Positions 27,724-38,108 of a stretch of DNA of 64,000 bases are shown here, piece by piece; the first letter of the stretch is position 1; every line of letters begins with the position of its first letter. Below the pieces are notes generated by a model that saw only the letters and a list, made by a program, of their open reading frames with translations, was not told the DNA's origin and did not search any database. The stretch is from Nitrososphaeraceae archaeon (GTDB taxonomy: Archaea > Thermoproteota > Nitrososphaeria > Nitrososphaerales > Nitrososphaeraceae). A program made the translations under genes and the position numbers. Where the stretch lies: NCBI GenBank assembly GCA_044870765.1, contig JBIOZG010000012.1, positions 1-64,000 of the forward strand, given 5' to 3'.

Positions 27724-28422
27724 TTCTGTCCTATTTTTTGAAGTTTCTAAAGTAATCTTGACGTTATCCCCATTCTTTAGTTGAAGTGCCTGTTTGATAT
27801 TAACTGGGGCTATAATTTCCAACATATTTTTGTCGTGATGTGTTCGTTCAAGTAACAACAAGTCTGACCGAATATTGTCATTTCCGTTTATGATTGCAGG
27901 GTAACACTTGACCCAACCATAAGTTCGCTTGGAATCACTAAATCCGTCGATGAACTGATAGCGGAAGCTTTCAATTTTTTCTCTGTTTTCTAGCGACAGT
28001 CGATCAACTAATTTGATATTCAGTGTTCCAGGATAGGGAATGTACCCGATCTTTTTTTCAAACTGTTTCTTATAGCCTCCAAGACTCATGTAGTATTTGC
28101 CCTCTCCCATCCCAGAGACCAAAGTTCCGTTAAAGTGAATTCTCATTGGAGATGGATTTAAGGCCAGGTTAAGAAACTCTGACATTTTTTTGACTGACAA
28201 AAGACCTTCTTCTGTTACCCTGATCATATACCCATGTCCCTTCTTGACTCGTTCCACATATTTCATTTCTTGCAATTCCAATATTATCTTTGAAGCTGCT
28301 TGCTGGCTCTTGTTGATCTCTATTCCAATATCGGTGCTGGTAAAATCAATAAAATTATCTCTTGCGCCCTTGAGTAGTAACTTTGCTAGTGTGATAATAT
28401 ATTCAGACTTTATTTCTTGCAT
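27706..28422 (-). CDS. ribK: CTP-dependent riboflavin kinase with N-terminal HTH (RbkR-type)
   Basis: SQQAASK HTH; VSGMGEGKYY, PYPGTLN, LEIIAP. Confidence 0.93.
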   Translation of the reverse strand: MQEIKSEYIITLAKLLLKGARDNFIDFTSTDIGIEINKSQQAASKIILELQEMKYVERVKKGHGYMIRVTEEGLLSVKKMSEFLNLALNPSPMRIHFNGTLVSGMGEGKYYMSLGGYKKQFEKKIGYIPYPGTLNIKLVDRLSLENREKIESFRYQFIDGFSDSKRTYGWVKCYPAIINGNDNIRSDLLLLERTHHDKNMLEIIAPVNIKQALQLKNGDNVKITLETSKNRTESYIIN

Positions 28423-28428
28423 CGTTCT

Positions 28429-29673
28429 CTAGTTGCCAATACCCATCTGATCAAAAGTTCTGACCGTAATTTCTGGTGATTTCTTTAACTCCGCCATTCT
28501 GTGCCCAACGACATATTCAATTCCTGCGCTGTATGCAGCATCAATTAGTCGTTGAGTGATAATACCGTCCATTACTAGAAATCTAGCACCTTCTAGAGAA
28601 TCCAGTCTTTTAATTATTTCCGATACTGGTACCTTCAACAATACCTGCATCGAATTATCCAATATCAACGCTTCCAAAGTTTCATTGATTTGTGGATACA
28701 CTTCTTTGACTGCCGATGTTATTTGAGGGTCATCATTTACTTTTTCGCCATTGTGAGTATTTGAATGAGAAACCTCCTGATACGCCGAAGCCGAATTATT
28801 ATTTCCATTGGTTCTTGGTTTTCTTATACTCTTTTGTTGTTGTTGAACTGGAGCCTCAAGTTGTTCACTTGCAGTTTCAGCCACGTCCTTCAGTATCTCG
28901 GATATTTCAAGTGGGGTGCACTCTTCGACTTCTTTTCCTGTCGGTGCTCTGAAAACTTTGTCAATTTTAACGAGTCCTTGCAATTCCTTTAAAATCAAAT
29001 CTGCTGCCCTGTCACCGTCTAGAAATGCAATAACCTTTTTTCCGGATGTTAGATTCGTAATTGTTTCATCAATTTTGGCTCCTTCTATGGCAATAGAATT
29101 ATCAAAACCTGCGCGTAGTAAGTTAATCACATCGGCCCTTCCTTCAACCAGAATGATATAGGGAGATTCGAACACACCAGTACCACATGCAAGCTGAGCT
29201 TTTCCAAAGGTGGTTAGTTTTCCCGGTTTGCTTGCATCATATACATCGCGCAACATCTCTTCCCCTTCACTTATTGTCTTTGTTGCCCATTCCTGAATTA
29301 TTTTTTTAGCTCTATCCACAATAACTTTTTTCTTGATTGCTCTAATGTCATCTATACCGACCAACAGAAACTTGCCCTGAAAAGGTCCAACTTTATCTAT
29401 GCTTTCAATAGCTGCAGATATCAATGCGGCTGTGGAAATATCAGTACTCATTGGAAGCAAAGCATCTCCTTTAGTTGTGTTTGATTTGGTGTCAACATTT
29501 ACTTCTATTCTTCCAACCTTGGAAACCTTCTGCAACTCATTCAGGTTCATCTCGGGGCCTAGTAATCCCTCCGTCTGGCCGAATATTGCGCCAATAATGT
29601 CGGCCTTCTCTACTATCCCATCAACTTCAAATTTAAGTTTAACATGATATTTTACTATACCAGTATTAGGCAT
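28429..29673 (-). CDS. dnaG: archaeal DnaG (TOPRIM; exosome-associated)
   Basis: GAIFGQTEGLLG, VEGRADV, FLDGD, DGIITQRL. Confidence 0.96.
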   Translation of the reverse strand: MPNTGIVKYHVKLKFEVDGIVEKADIIGAIFGQTEGLLGPEMNLNELQKVSKVGRIEVNVDTKSNTTKGDALLPMSTDISTAALISAAIESIDKVGPFQGKFLLVGIDDIRAIKKKVIVDRAKKIIQEWATKTISEGEEMLRDVYDASKPGKLTTFGKAQLACGTGVFESPYIILVEGRADVINLLRAGFDNSIAIEGAKIDETITNLTSGKKVIAFLDGDRAADLILKELQGLVKIDKVFRAPTGKEVEECTPLEISEILKDVAETASEQLEAPVQQQQKSIRKPRTNGNNNSASAYQEVSHSNTHNGEKVNDDPQITSAVKEVYPQINETLEALILDNSMQVLLKVPVSEIIKRLDSLEGARFLVMDGIITQRLIDAAYSAGIEYVVGHRMAELKKSPEITVRTFDQMGIGN

Positions 29674-29977
29674 TTTTCAAATCCTCTTATTTGTAAATAC
29701 GATGGTAAGCTTATCTTGCTTGAATATAAGTGCTTTGACATATTATTCGATAGATTTTGATATTATTTTTTTTCTAAAATCAAATTTGAGATATCGGATA
29801 TTATTTCAAAGTACAGTACTTGGAAAAAAAATTGAAAAATTAGTGATAATCTAATAGCTCCAGGAAATTAGTAGAACCAAAATTTATGTCAGGTCTCTTG
29901 ATATCACACAAATTCAAAATTTCAGATTCAACACAAGAAAAGATTAATTATGTGATCTTGAGTTCACCTACTAAACA

Positions 29978-30781
29978 ATGTCTGATTGGGACCTAATAAC
30001 TCCAGGGATAGGACTTACATGTATTGGTATAGTCGGGGTCGGAATTTCACTTTCAGGAATTGCGCATACATTTACTGAAGGAATGCATGCTGTCAGCCTA
30101 CTCACAATGTTCATCGGATTAATATTTCTAACAGCGGGAATTTTCAAGGATGGATTCCCAACTTCAGGAAGAGCGAAATCTGCAACGTTCATAACGTTAG
30201 GTTTTCTAGTTACCTTTGGTTTTGCAGCAGCCATTACAATTGGTACCAGAATTCCAAGTATCTTTGCCTATATCGGACTTATGCTCATAATTTCAATACC
30301 TGCTACAGTCCTTGCTGTTGCGTCTTATAAGAGGACACCTTACTTTAAGGCTATTACAGTGATATTCGTAAGTGCGGCAATTGTTGGTGCGGCAACATTC
30401 TATGTATTCGGTTTAGTCACGCCAAAAGCTCAACAAGAGAATATCGATGGAATTGAAGCAAGCCAGAATCAAAGTGCCACGGTTAGAAATATTACAAATC
30501 CAGTGAAAACTGCTATTCTTCCTGGAGCGTCGGCAGAGGGAAATCCCGGTTTTGATCCGGTTAATGTAAAAGTACCAAAAGATGGTGGAATAGAATGGAC
30601 TAATAAGGACAATGTTCCACACACTGTAACAAGTCTAGTAGATGATGGCAAAACCTTCGATTCAAAGACCATTAAATCAAATGCAACATTCATTCTGGAT
30701 GCCATGACCCTAAAAGAATCACAATATGACTATTTCTGCACTCTGCATCCGTATATGAAGGGAAAAATAACAGTAGGTTAA
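29978..30781 (+). CDS. multi-TM membrane protein with C-terminal type-1 cupredoxin domain
   Basis: Several hydrophobic helices, then PHTVTS...YFCTLHPYM (His/Cys/His/Met ligands). Confidence 0.9.
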   Translation: MSDWDLITPGIGLTCIGIVGVGISLSGIAHTFTEGMHAVSLLTMFIGLIFLTAGIFKDGFPTSGRAKSATFITLGFLVTFGFAAAITIGTRIPSIFAYIGLMLIISIPATVLAVASYKRTPYFKAITVIFVSAAIVGAATFYVFGLVTPKAQQENIDGIEASQNQSATVRNITNPVKTAILPGASAEGNPGFDPVNVKVPKDGGIEWTNKDNVPHTVTSLVDDGKTFDSKTIKSNATFILDAMTLKESQYDYFCTLHPYMKGKITVG

Positions 30782-30894
30782 TTTATTTAGGTCTTGCATA
30801 AAGTAACCATATAATATCATATCAAGTAAAATCACACAGTTGCACACATATGTTATTGGTATCATCGAATATTTACCTGTAAAATTGAAAAGAA

Positions 30895-31314
30895 ATGCCT
30901 GAGATAAGCTTATCTGTTACAGAAAACCAAATAGATTCCTTAATACGTTTAACTAAAGAGGATTTGCCTAATGAATCTTGTTGTCTTCTTTTAGGACGCA
31001 TAGTAAACGATAATGAGTACTGCGTCGAACAAGTGAAAATAATGGAGAACAAGACGCACTCTGAATATTCATTTCAAATGGACCCCGACGAATTGATGGA
31101 AGTATATCAGTGGGCGTCTGATAACTCACTAGATATCGTTGGAGTGTATCATTCGCATTTGGATGGATCAGCACCTTCGTCGACAGATTTGATTTTTATG
31201 AAATTAAATCCGGTAATATGGCTCATATACGAGGTATCTGGATCTCGATTTCGAGCTTTTACTTTAGTACAAGATATCCTTAAAGAGGTAAAAATCAAGA
31301 TATCTAGGGAGTAA
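30895..31314 (+). CDS. JAMM/MPN+ (M67) metallo-isopeptidase
   Basis: PNESC...YHSH-x6-SSTD JAMM motif. Confidence 0.88.
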   Translation: MPEISLSVTENQIDSLIRLTKEDLPNESCCLLLGRIVNDNEYCVEQVKIMENKTHSEYSFQMDPDELMEVYQWASDNSLDIVGVYHSHLDGSAPSSTDLIFMKLNPVIWLIYEVSGSRFRAFTLVQDILKEVKIKISRE

Positions 31315-32617
31315 GCCTGTCAGTATCTCTTGGATAGAGAACAACTTCCCTAATGTTCGATGAATTAGTAAGGATCATCATCAACCTATCAAAACCTAGA
31401 CCACAGCCAGAGTGAGGAGGCATTCCCCATTCAAACGTCTTTAAATGATCAGAAAAACTTTTTGGATTCAGTCCTTTTTCGAGTAATTTATTTTTTAATT
31501 TTTCAGGATCGTGTTCTCTGGTTCCTCCAGAGACTATTTCCAAATATCCGTATTGCAAATCAAAGGATTTTGAAAGTTCAGATTTGTTTTCTTGTTCTAA
31601 TATGTAAAACGGTTTAAGTTTTGTGGGCCATTCAGTTATGAAATAAAATATTGGGTAAATCTCTCCTAGTTTTTTTAGTGCAGGATCAGAAAGATCATCA
31701 CCAAATTCCAACTTTTCCCCTAAGCCTCTTAAATCATCCAGACACTTTTGATAAGTAATTCGAGGAATCGTATCAACCATAATCTCGGGTTTATTTTCAA
31801 GGTGTTTCATTTCTTCGTTATGATGTACAAATAGATCGTTTATTGTAGCGATAACTAACTCTTGTACGATGTCCATTATATCGAAATAATCCAAGAATGC
31901 CGCTTCTAAATCTACGCTTATAAATTCTGAAAGATGTCTTACCGTATGTGATGGTTCGGCCCTGAAATATGGTGATATTTCAAATACTCTTTCAAGGCCC
32001 AATGTAAGTTGCTCCTTGTACAACTGAGGACTTTGTGCCAAGTATGCTTTCTTTGAGAAATACTCAAAATCAAAAAGATCCGCACCTCCCTCAGTCGCAC
32101 TTCCTATTATCTTGGGCGTATTAACTTCTATGAACATTCTTGAATACAGGAATTTGCGAATCAAAGAAAGGACATATGATCTGATTCTGAAAATATTGGA
32201 AATCCTATAGTTCCTCAAATCGAGGGCCCTGCAGTCCAGTCGATTATCCATTAATGATTTTACCCTTCCTGTTGGATCAATCGGAAGTGGATTCACTGCC
32301 TTCGACAGGATTTTTATTTTTTCTACCTTTACCTCAACCTTAAAATTCTCCGCCCTAGTCTCTTGTATGGTTCCTTTTATCAGAATAATACTTTGCCTTT
32401 GTACTTCCCTAAACTCAGATAACATTTCCCCAATAACTACACCCTGAAAATTTCCAGTCATGTCTCTGACTGTAATGAAACCGATTTTTCCCATGTCTCT
32501 AAAGTCTTCAAGCCATCCAACTAGGCTTACGTTTTTTCCAATGTGGTCTCTACTGAGTGTTGAAGAAAATATTCTGTCCCTAATGTCGACTTGTTGCATG
32601 GTATTACTTTCCTGCAA
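31304..32617 (-). CDS. aspS: aspartyl-tRNA synthetase (archaeal, probably non-discriminating)
   Basis: EGGADLF, LAQSPQLYK, FRAE, PPHSGCGLGFDR, YPRD. Confidence 0.96.
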   Translation of the reverse strand: MQESNTMQQVDIRDRIFSSTLSRDHIGKNVSLVGWLEDFRDMGKIGFITVRDMTGNFQGVVIGEMLSEFREVQRQSIILIKGTIQETRAENFKVEVKVEKIKILSKAVNPLPIDPTGRVKSLMDNRLDCRALDLRNYRISNIFRIRSYVLSLIRKFLYSRMFIEVNTPKIIGSATEGGADLFDFEYFSKKAYLAQSPQLYKEQLTLGLERVFEISPYFRAEPSHTVRHLSEFISVDLEAAFLDYFDIMDIVQELVIATINDLFVHHNEEMKHLENKPEIMVDTIPRITYQKCLDDLRGLGEKLEFGDDLSDPALKKLGEIYPIFYFITEWPTKLKPFYILEQENKSELSKSFDLQYGYLEIVSGGTREHDPEKLKNKLLEKGLNPKSFSDHLKTFEWGMPPHSGCGLGFDRLMMILTNSSNIREVVLYPRDTDRLTP

Positions 32618-33113
32618 TCTCTACTACAAGTTCTATTTTTCTTACGGCGTTCACAATTCTTTTTATCTTCTCGATTATGCTAATGAATTTTTCATAATCT
32701 TTACTCTCTATGGTAACTTGTGTTACCTGATTTCCGTCAGGCAGCCAAATCATGTTGGTTTTCAAGAGTCTGATAGGAAAGAAGAGATTTTCAAGAAACC
32801 TTCTTATCGAGCTATTTGCTTCGACGAACCATACTTTTCCTTTAAATACTTCTTCAACTGAACTTAGAAGTTTATCATTTGAGTTTATGTGACTTACATT
32901 TGAGTCCTTCAATATTAGTACATAGTCTTCATCTATTTTTTGAGATCCAATTAAATTCAATTTATCTATATCTTGATTCTTATGCGAGAGTTTGATAAGT
33001 TTGATAGAGCATTCTACATCAACATCAGATAGCTCCCCATTTTTCAATCGACTTTCACATTTTGGGCATAAAACACCCGTCTTGGCATCAAATGTGCAAA
33101 TGGGTACTTTCAA
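32604..33113 (-). CDS. NusA-like KH protein with N-terminal Zn-binding motif
   Basis: MKVPICTFDAKTGVLCPKC start typical of archaeal NusA-like paralogs located upstream of aspS. Confidence 0.75.
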   Translation of the reverse strand: MKVPICTFDAKTGVLCPKCESRLKNGELSDVDVECSIKLIKLSHKNQDIDKLNLIGSQKIDEDYVLILKDSNVSHINSNDKLLSSVEEVFKGKVWFVEANSSIRRFLENLFFPIRLLKTNMIWLPDGNQVTQVTIESKDYEKFISIIEKIKRIVNAVRKIELVVEIAGK

Positions 33114-33224
33114 ATTTCGACAGTTTGTCTAATATTTTTACCATATATATGTCCAATAGTCCAATTAAGCATAAAAGATTAGGTGAAATAGATACTTATA
33201 CGGTTAAGATCGATAAGAAATTGT

Positions 33225-34172
33225 TTGGATTTTGCTCTTTCAGTAAATAGTTTAAGAGTCTACTATTTTTCGCAATTTGGTACGGTTAAGGCCGTTGATG
33301 ACGTTTCATTTACTGTTGGAAAAAATGAATCGATAGGAATCGTTGGTGAGTCCGGATGTGGAAAGAGTACGCTTGGAACAGCACTTCTGCGATCGGTCCC
33401 ATATCCGGGTAGGATTGTTAGTGGTCAAATTATGCTTGGAGGACAGGACATTACAGGAATGACAGAAGAGGAATTTGACAATAAAGTGAGATGGAAGAAA
33501 ATATCTATGATTTTTCAGGGAGCGCTTAATTCCTTAGATCCTGTCTTTACAATAGGATCACAAATGAAAGAAATTTTGAAGCAGCATGGTTACTCTAGGG
33601 ACCAATCTGAAACAATCCAAAATTCTTTGAGCAGTGTTCTATTAGACCCAAGTGTCATGAAAAAATATCCTCATGAATTGAGTGGTGGTATGAAGCAAAG
33701 AGTTTCCATTGCAATGGCTTTGTTACTGAACCCGGAGATATTGATTGCGGATGAACCAACTACTTCTCTGGATGTCATGGTTCAGTCCCAAATTATCAAT
33801 TTATTAAAAAGACTAAAGACAGATCGAAATATGTCTATCGTATTCATATCCCATGATCTGGGTGTTATCTCAGAAGTCTCAGAAATTATTGCTATAATGT
33901 ACAGAGGTCAAATAGTTGAATTAGGAAAAGCGCATGAAGTCTACAAGAATCCAAAACATCCATACACTGAAAAACTTGTTTCATCAATTCCAAGCATAAA
34001 AAATAGAGAGAATAAATTACAAAATCCTAGCGAAAAATCAGCAGATACCCTTGGAAGTGAAATAGGATGTAAATTCTATGACGCCTGTCCTTATGCAAAA
34101 GAGACTTGTCGAAAGGATCCTCCCGTAATAAAACATAAGAATGGATTTGTACGTTGCTGGTTATTTGAATAG
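33225..34172 (+). CDS. oligopeptide/dipeptide ABC transporter ATP-binding protein (DppD/OppD-like)
   Basis: GESGCGKS, YPHELSGGMKQR, ADEPT, HPYT, Cys-rich C-terminus. Confidence 0.93.
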   Translation: MDFALSVNSLRVYYFSQFGTVKAVDDVSFTVGKNESIGIVGESGCGKSTLGTALLRSVPYPGRIVSGQIMLGGQDITGMTEEEFDNKVRWKKISMIFQGALNSLDPVFTIGSQMKEILKQHGYSRDQSETIQNSLSSVLLDPSVMKKYPHELSGGMKQRVSIAMALLLNPEILIADEPTTSLDVMVQSQIINLLKRLKTDRNMSIVFISHDLGVISEVSEIIAIMYRGQIVELGKAHEVYKNPKHPYTEKLVSSIPSIKNRENKLQNPSEKSADTLGSEIGCKFYDACPYAKETCRKDPPVIKHKNGFVRCWLFE

Positions 34173-34291
34173 GTCATTGCATAATTTTGGTGCATCGCTA
34201 CTTACCTTGCTTTGCACTTTGTTACCTGAAGTTTCATGTTAAAACAAATCATAAGAATTTTAAACTACACCTATTTAATAGTCTACGGAAT

Positions 34292-35380
34292 ATGAAAATC
34301 ACACTCTCAGCTATTAAGGCTGATATCGGAGCCATAGGTGGCCATACTAAACCCAGTGACGAACTAATAGAAGCGGTTAAAAAAGTGGTAAAGGACAACT
34401 CGAAATTATTATTAGATTATTATTTAGGTTATACCGGAGATGATATACACATTATTATGACACATACCAAAGGAACAGATAACAAGGAAATCCATAAGAT
34501 GGCATGGGATGCATTCACTGAAGGTACTAAAATTGCCAAAGAACAGGGCTTGTATGGTGCAGGACAAGACTTACTAAAAGATGCCTTTTCGGGAAATGTT
34601 AGAGGGATGGGTCCAGGAGTAGCTGAGCTGGATATAGAAGAGAGACCTAGTGAAGTTTTCTGTGTGTTTGCCGCCGATAAGACAGAACCAGGTGCTTTTA
34701 ATTTCCCCTTATGGAGAATGTTTGTAGATGCCAGAAGCAGTACCGGATTATTGATAAACGAAAAATTAGCAGAAGGAGTTAAGTTTAGAATAATGGATGT
34801 TATGACAGGAAAAATCGCAGGTCTGAAATTATGGCAAGACAAGCCAGAATTAGAAGCAGCCTTGATGTATCCCGGTCGATATGTTGTGCACTCCATTCTT
34901 ACTTCAGACGGTGAGCAGATTGTTTCTGCATCAACTGACAGATTACACAATATTGCTGGAACCTATGTAGGTAAAGACGATCCTATTGCCATAGTAAGAA
35001 CTCAGAAAAACTTTCCTGCCACAGAAGAAGCTGGTAGTGCATTCAATGACCCTCATTACGTTGCTGGGAACACTAGAGGAAGTCACCATATGCCTTTGAT
35101 GCCAGTGAAGCTCAATTCTGCAGCAAGTTTAAACTACGCTATTCCAATCGTGTCATGCCTCGTATTTAGCATGCACAATGGACTTTTGACTGGACCCCAT
35201 GACGGTTTCGGTACCGCCGATTGGGACCTTCAAAGACTTTGGGCTTCGGAGAGAGCAATGATTATGCGAAATCAAGGATTTATTCATCCCGCTACACTCG
35301 TTCCAGAAGAACTGGAATATAACAAGGGTTATGAAGCTAGGATAAAAAAATTAAATAGCAAGTTTGAAGACCTCACCTAA
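34292..35380 (+). CDS. fbp: bifunctional fructose-1,6-bisphosphate aldolase/phosphatase
   Basis: IKADIG, GLYGAGQDLL, DKTEPGAFN, YVGKDDP; start at ATG 34292 (MKITLSA). Confidence 0.96.
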   Translation: MKITLSAIKADIGAIGGHTKPSDELIEAVKKVVKDNSKLLLDYYLGYTGDDIHIIMTHTKGTDNKEIHKMAWDAFTEGTKIAKEQGLYGAGQDLLKDAFSGNVRGMGPGVAELDIEERPSEVFCVFAADKTEPGAFNFPLWRMFVDARSSTGLLINEKLAEGVKFRIMDVMTGKIAGLKLWQDKPELEAALMYPGRYVVHSILTSDGEQIVSASTDRLHNIAGTYVGKDDPIAIVRTQKNFPATEEAGSAFNDPHYVAGNTRGSHHMPLMPVKLNSAASLNYAIPIVSCLVFSMHNGLLTGPHDGFGTADWDLQRLWASERAMIMRNQGFIHPATLVPEELEYNKGYEARIKKLNSKFEDLT

Positions 35381-35388
35381 ATTTTAAT

Positions 35389-36063
35389 ATGATAATTTTT
35401 GACAAGCCATTAATAATTAATCTCAAAAATTATAACGAGATATCTGGAGAGAATTCATTAAAGATAGTTGAAGATGCGAAGAAAGTCTGCCTATCGAATC
35501 ACAAGAACATCATTATTGCTCCACCGCCGTCAAGTTTATTGGCATTATCTAAACAAGGTTTGCCCATTGTAAGTCAGCACGTAGACGATTCGACCATAGG
35601 AGCAACTACAGGCTTTATTATACCTGAAATCTTGAAATCTTATGGCGCTGTTGGTTCTATTATTAACCATAGCGAGCATAAAATAGAACATTCACAAGTC
35701 AAAAATCTAGTTAAACGCTTACGTGATCTGGATATGATTTCAATTGTATGCGCTGACGATATGGACGAAGTCGAGGCAATTTCACGATTTTCGCCGGATT
35801 ACCTTGCAATAGAACCACCGGAGCTCATAGGAAAAGGAATAGCAGTGTCTAAAGCAAATCCATCAATTATAAGGGATTCTGTACGACTAGTAAAGCAGAT
35901 TTCTTCTGCAGTTAGAGTCCTTTGTGGAGCAGGTATCGTCGACAAGAATGATATAGAAAAAGCCTTAGAGCTAGGTTCCGAAGGTATTTTAATTTCTAGC
36001 GGAGTGGTAAAAGCCCCTTCGTGGTATAACAAAATTCTAGAGTTATCTTCAGTTTTAAAATAA
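35389..36063 (+). CDS. tpiA: triosephosphate isomerase (archaeal)
   Basis: INLKNY, INHSEH, AIEPPELIG, LCGAGI. Confidence 0.96.
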   Translation: MIIFDKPLIINLKNYNEISGENSLKIVEDAKKVCLSNHKNIIIAPPPSSLLALSKQGLPIVSQHVDDSTIGATTGFIIPEILKSYGAVGSIINHSEHKIEHSQVKNLVKRLRDLDMISIVCADDMDEVEAISRFSPDYLAIEPPELIGKGIAVSKANPSIIRDSVRLVKQISSAVRVLCGAGIVDKNDIEKALELGSEGILISSGVVKAPSWYNKILELSSVLK

Positions 36064-36094
36064 ATTTAGGAAATAAAGTTGGAGGAAATGTTCT

Positions 36095-36355
36095 TTATAC
36101 GCCTATTTCCTTTGCTATTTTTACTATTTTCTTGCCATCGGTAGTTAATTTGTTGAAGACTTTGTTTTTAACAGTCTTTCGATCAACTAATCCACGTTTT
36201 TGTGCCTTAAGCAGTAGTTTGTGTCCATAACCATAGGCACCCAACTTTGTCAAAAGTTCTCTAGTTGGATATTCTCTTCCCGAACCAATGGTCTTCAGTA
36301 ACTTTACCAATGCCTTTTCCTCAACAAGGATTTTTAACAGTCTTGTGTCTTTCAT
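36095..36355 (-). CDS. small basic winged-helix protein
   Basis: Lys/Arg-rich; TRELL...GLV...NKLTTDGK wHTH pattern. Confidence 0.7.
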   Translation of the reverse strand: MKDTRLLKILVEEKALVKLLKTIGSGREYPTRELLTKLGAYGYGHKLLLKAQKRGLVDRKTVKNKVFNKLTTDGKKIVKIAKEIGV

Positions 36356-37022
36356 CGCATACTAAGTTAGATACCTAATTATATAATTGTTACACTTTAC
36401 TAGATAAAAATACCGTACCTAGGACTTTTGAATCTGTAAACCAAGGCAAGCATTCGAAGAGTTTAGACTTATTTGTGTCACTAAGTTATAAACGTTCTAT
36501 TTAATCATACGTTTATATTGTAGGTAAAGTAATTACTGGAGATATTCAAGGATTCAAATCTATTTAAATCCTAAAAACAATATTAAATTGATGAGAGTTT
36601 GATATCATAACAGCACCAAAAATATGGCGGATCCCAAAAAATAGTAATGGAAAGAACGGTACTCTACAACGACCCATACTAATTTTGATCTTGGGGTAAA
36701 AACATCAGCTTTGCTTTTACTGGAATTTGAATGGATAATACAGAGTCATCTGTGTATATATTAGTAAGAAATTTGGCTAAACTGTACTAATCCTTAAAAT
36801 TTAGTAGAGATCTACAAAATAGGCATGATTAATTGAGTCTTCTTACTAAACTAAACATTTATAGATTCTTATTTAAGAAAGAAAAATAGGATTTTGCCAC
36901 GGATTTCTACTATAATCCATAATTTTTATTCCTTTTCTAATTTAATATGTATTATGCGAGTATTCTCTGATTTCTAGAAAAACTATTGATAATAAAAGAA
37001 TCAACTTAATCTAAGATTAGAG

Positions 37023-37976
37023 ATGGCTTTAGATGATAGCAAGCAAATTCAAAATCGAAAAACTCCGGAAACTAATGCAACTGGTAGGATACAATGCAAT
37101 CAGTGTCAAAATTACTCTTTAGTTTTAGATGTACTCTCAAGTGAATATGTTTGTAGTACATGCGGATGTGTATCTACCGAAAAAATTTACAATAATGAGA
37201 TACCATATTTCGAAAAAGGGGAATATAAAGATAAATCTAGACTAGGTATGCCAGAATCACTAACGATAAGTCACAAAGGACTTTCTACATTAATTGGACT
37301 GAATGACACCGATGGAAGAGGTAAAATGTTGGATCCGGTGCAAAAAGAAACGATCCAGAGATTAAGAACATGGAATAACAGATCCCAGCTTAATGATTCG
37401 ATTTCAAGGAACCTGGATAAAGCTTTAAAATATCTCAATAATTTCGGTGATAAACTTTATCTGAGTCCAGCTGTTATGGAAAATGCGGCATACATATATC
37501 GGAAAGCCGCTATCAAAAAGCTAGCAAAAGGTAGATCTACAGTTTCACTTGTTGCAGCCTCTATTTATGCAGCTTGCAGGGAGATATCAATACCAAAAAC
37601 AATATCCGACATAGCCTTTGTATGCAATATTCCAAGTAAGGAAATCATGTCACACTACAAATTGATCCTCAAAGAACTATCGTTAAAGATTCCTGTTATT
37701 CAAGGTATCGATTATGTAACACTAATATCAAATAGATTGAGATTGGCTGAAAAAACAAAGAGGGAAGCGATCAGAATATTTTCTTTGGTGCAACACAGTA
37801 GAATTTCAATTGGAAAAAACCCACGTGCATTCGCCGGAGCTATAATATATATTGCTTCACAGGAATGTAATGAATTCTTGCGACAAGTTGAAGTATGCCA
37901 GGTTGCAGATATTTCTACAGTTTCTTTGAGAAAAAGGTGTAAGGAAATAAAATTCATCCTCGATAGTCAGCAATAG
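37023..37976 (+). CDS. tfb: transcription initiation factor IIB paralog
   Basis: CNQC...CSTCG Zn ribbon, HKGLST, AYIYRKA, IYAACR, two cyclin repeats. Confidence 0.95.
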   Translation: MALDDSKQIQNRKTPETNATGRIQCNQCQNYSLVLDVLSSEYVCSTCGCVSTEKIYNNEIPYFEKGEYKDKSRLGMPESLTISHKGLSTLIGLNDTDGRGKMLDPVQKETIQRLRTWNNRSQLNDSISRNLDKALKYLNNFGDKLYLSPAVMENAAYIYRKAAIKKLAKGRSTVSLVAASIYAACREISIPKTISDIAFVCNIPSKEIMSHYKLILKELSLKIPVIQGIDYVTLISNRLRLAEKTKREAIRIFSLVQHSRISIGKNPRAFAGAIIYIASQECNEFLRQVEVCQVADISTVSLRKRCKEIKFILDSQQ

Positions 37977-38108
37977 AATACCGTGAAAGGGGTCAATTTT
38001 TTCTCAGTTTTATCTTAATTAGTTGAGCAAAGCAATATTTACCGAATAACCATCTTAAATCGAATCAAAAGTGTTATAATATCTATCAAACAAAATTAAT
38101 AATTAATA

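Noticed and set aside
29674-29977. Replication origin in AT-rich intergenic DNA (CTCCAGGAAA)
   Set aside because: A single weak ORB-like word, no repeated ORBs and no orc1/cdc6 in the window.
34187-34291. N-terminal extension of FBP aldolase/phosphatase
   Set aside because: The family begins at MKITLS (34292); the upstream frame covers the promoter.
34429-34950. 173-aa antisense ORF, and similar ones at 6627, 19234, 41037, 41499 and 54018
   Set aside because: Shadow frames of conserved genes with Ser/Ile/Pro-rich composition and no motifs.
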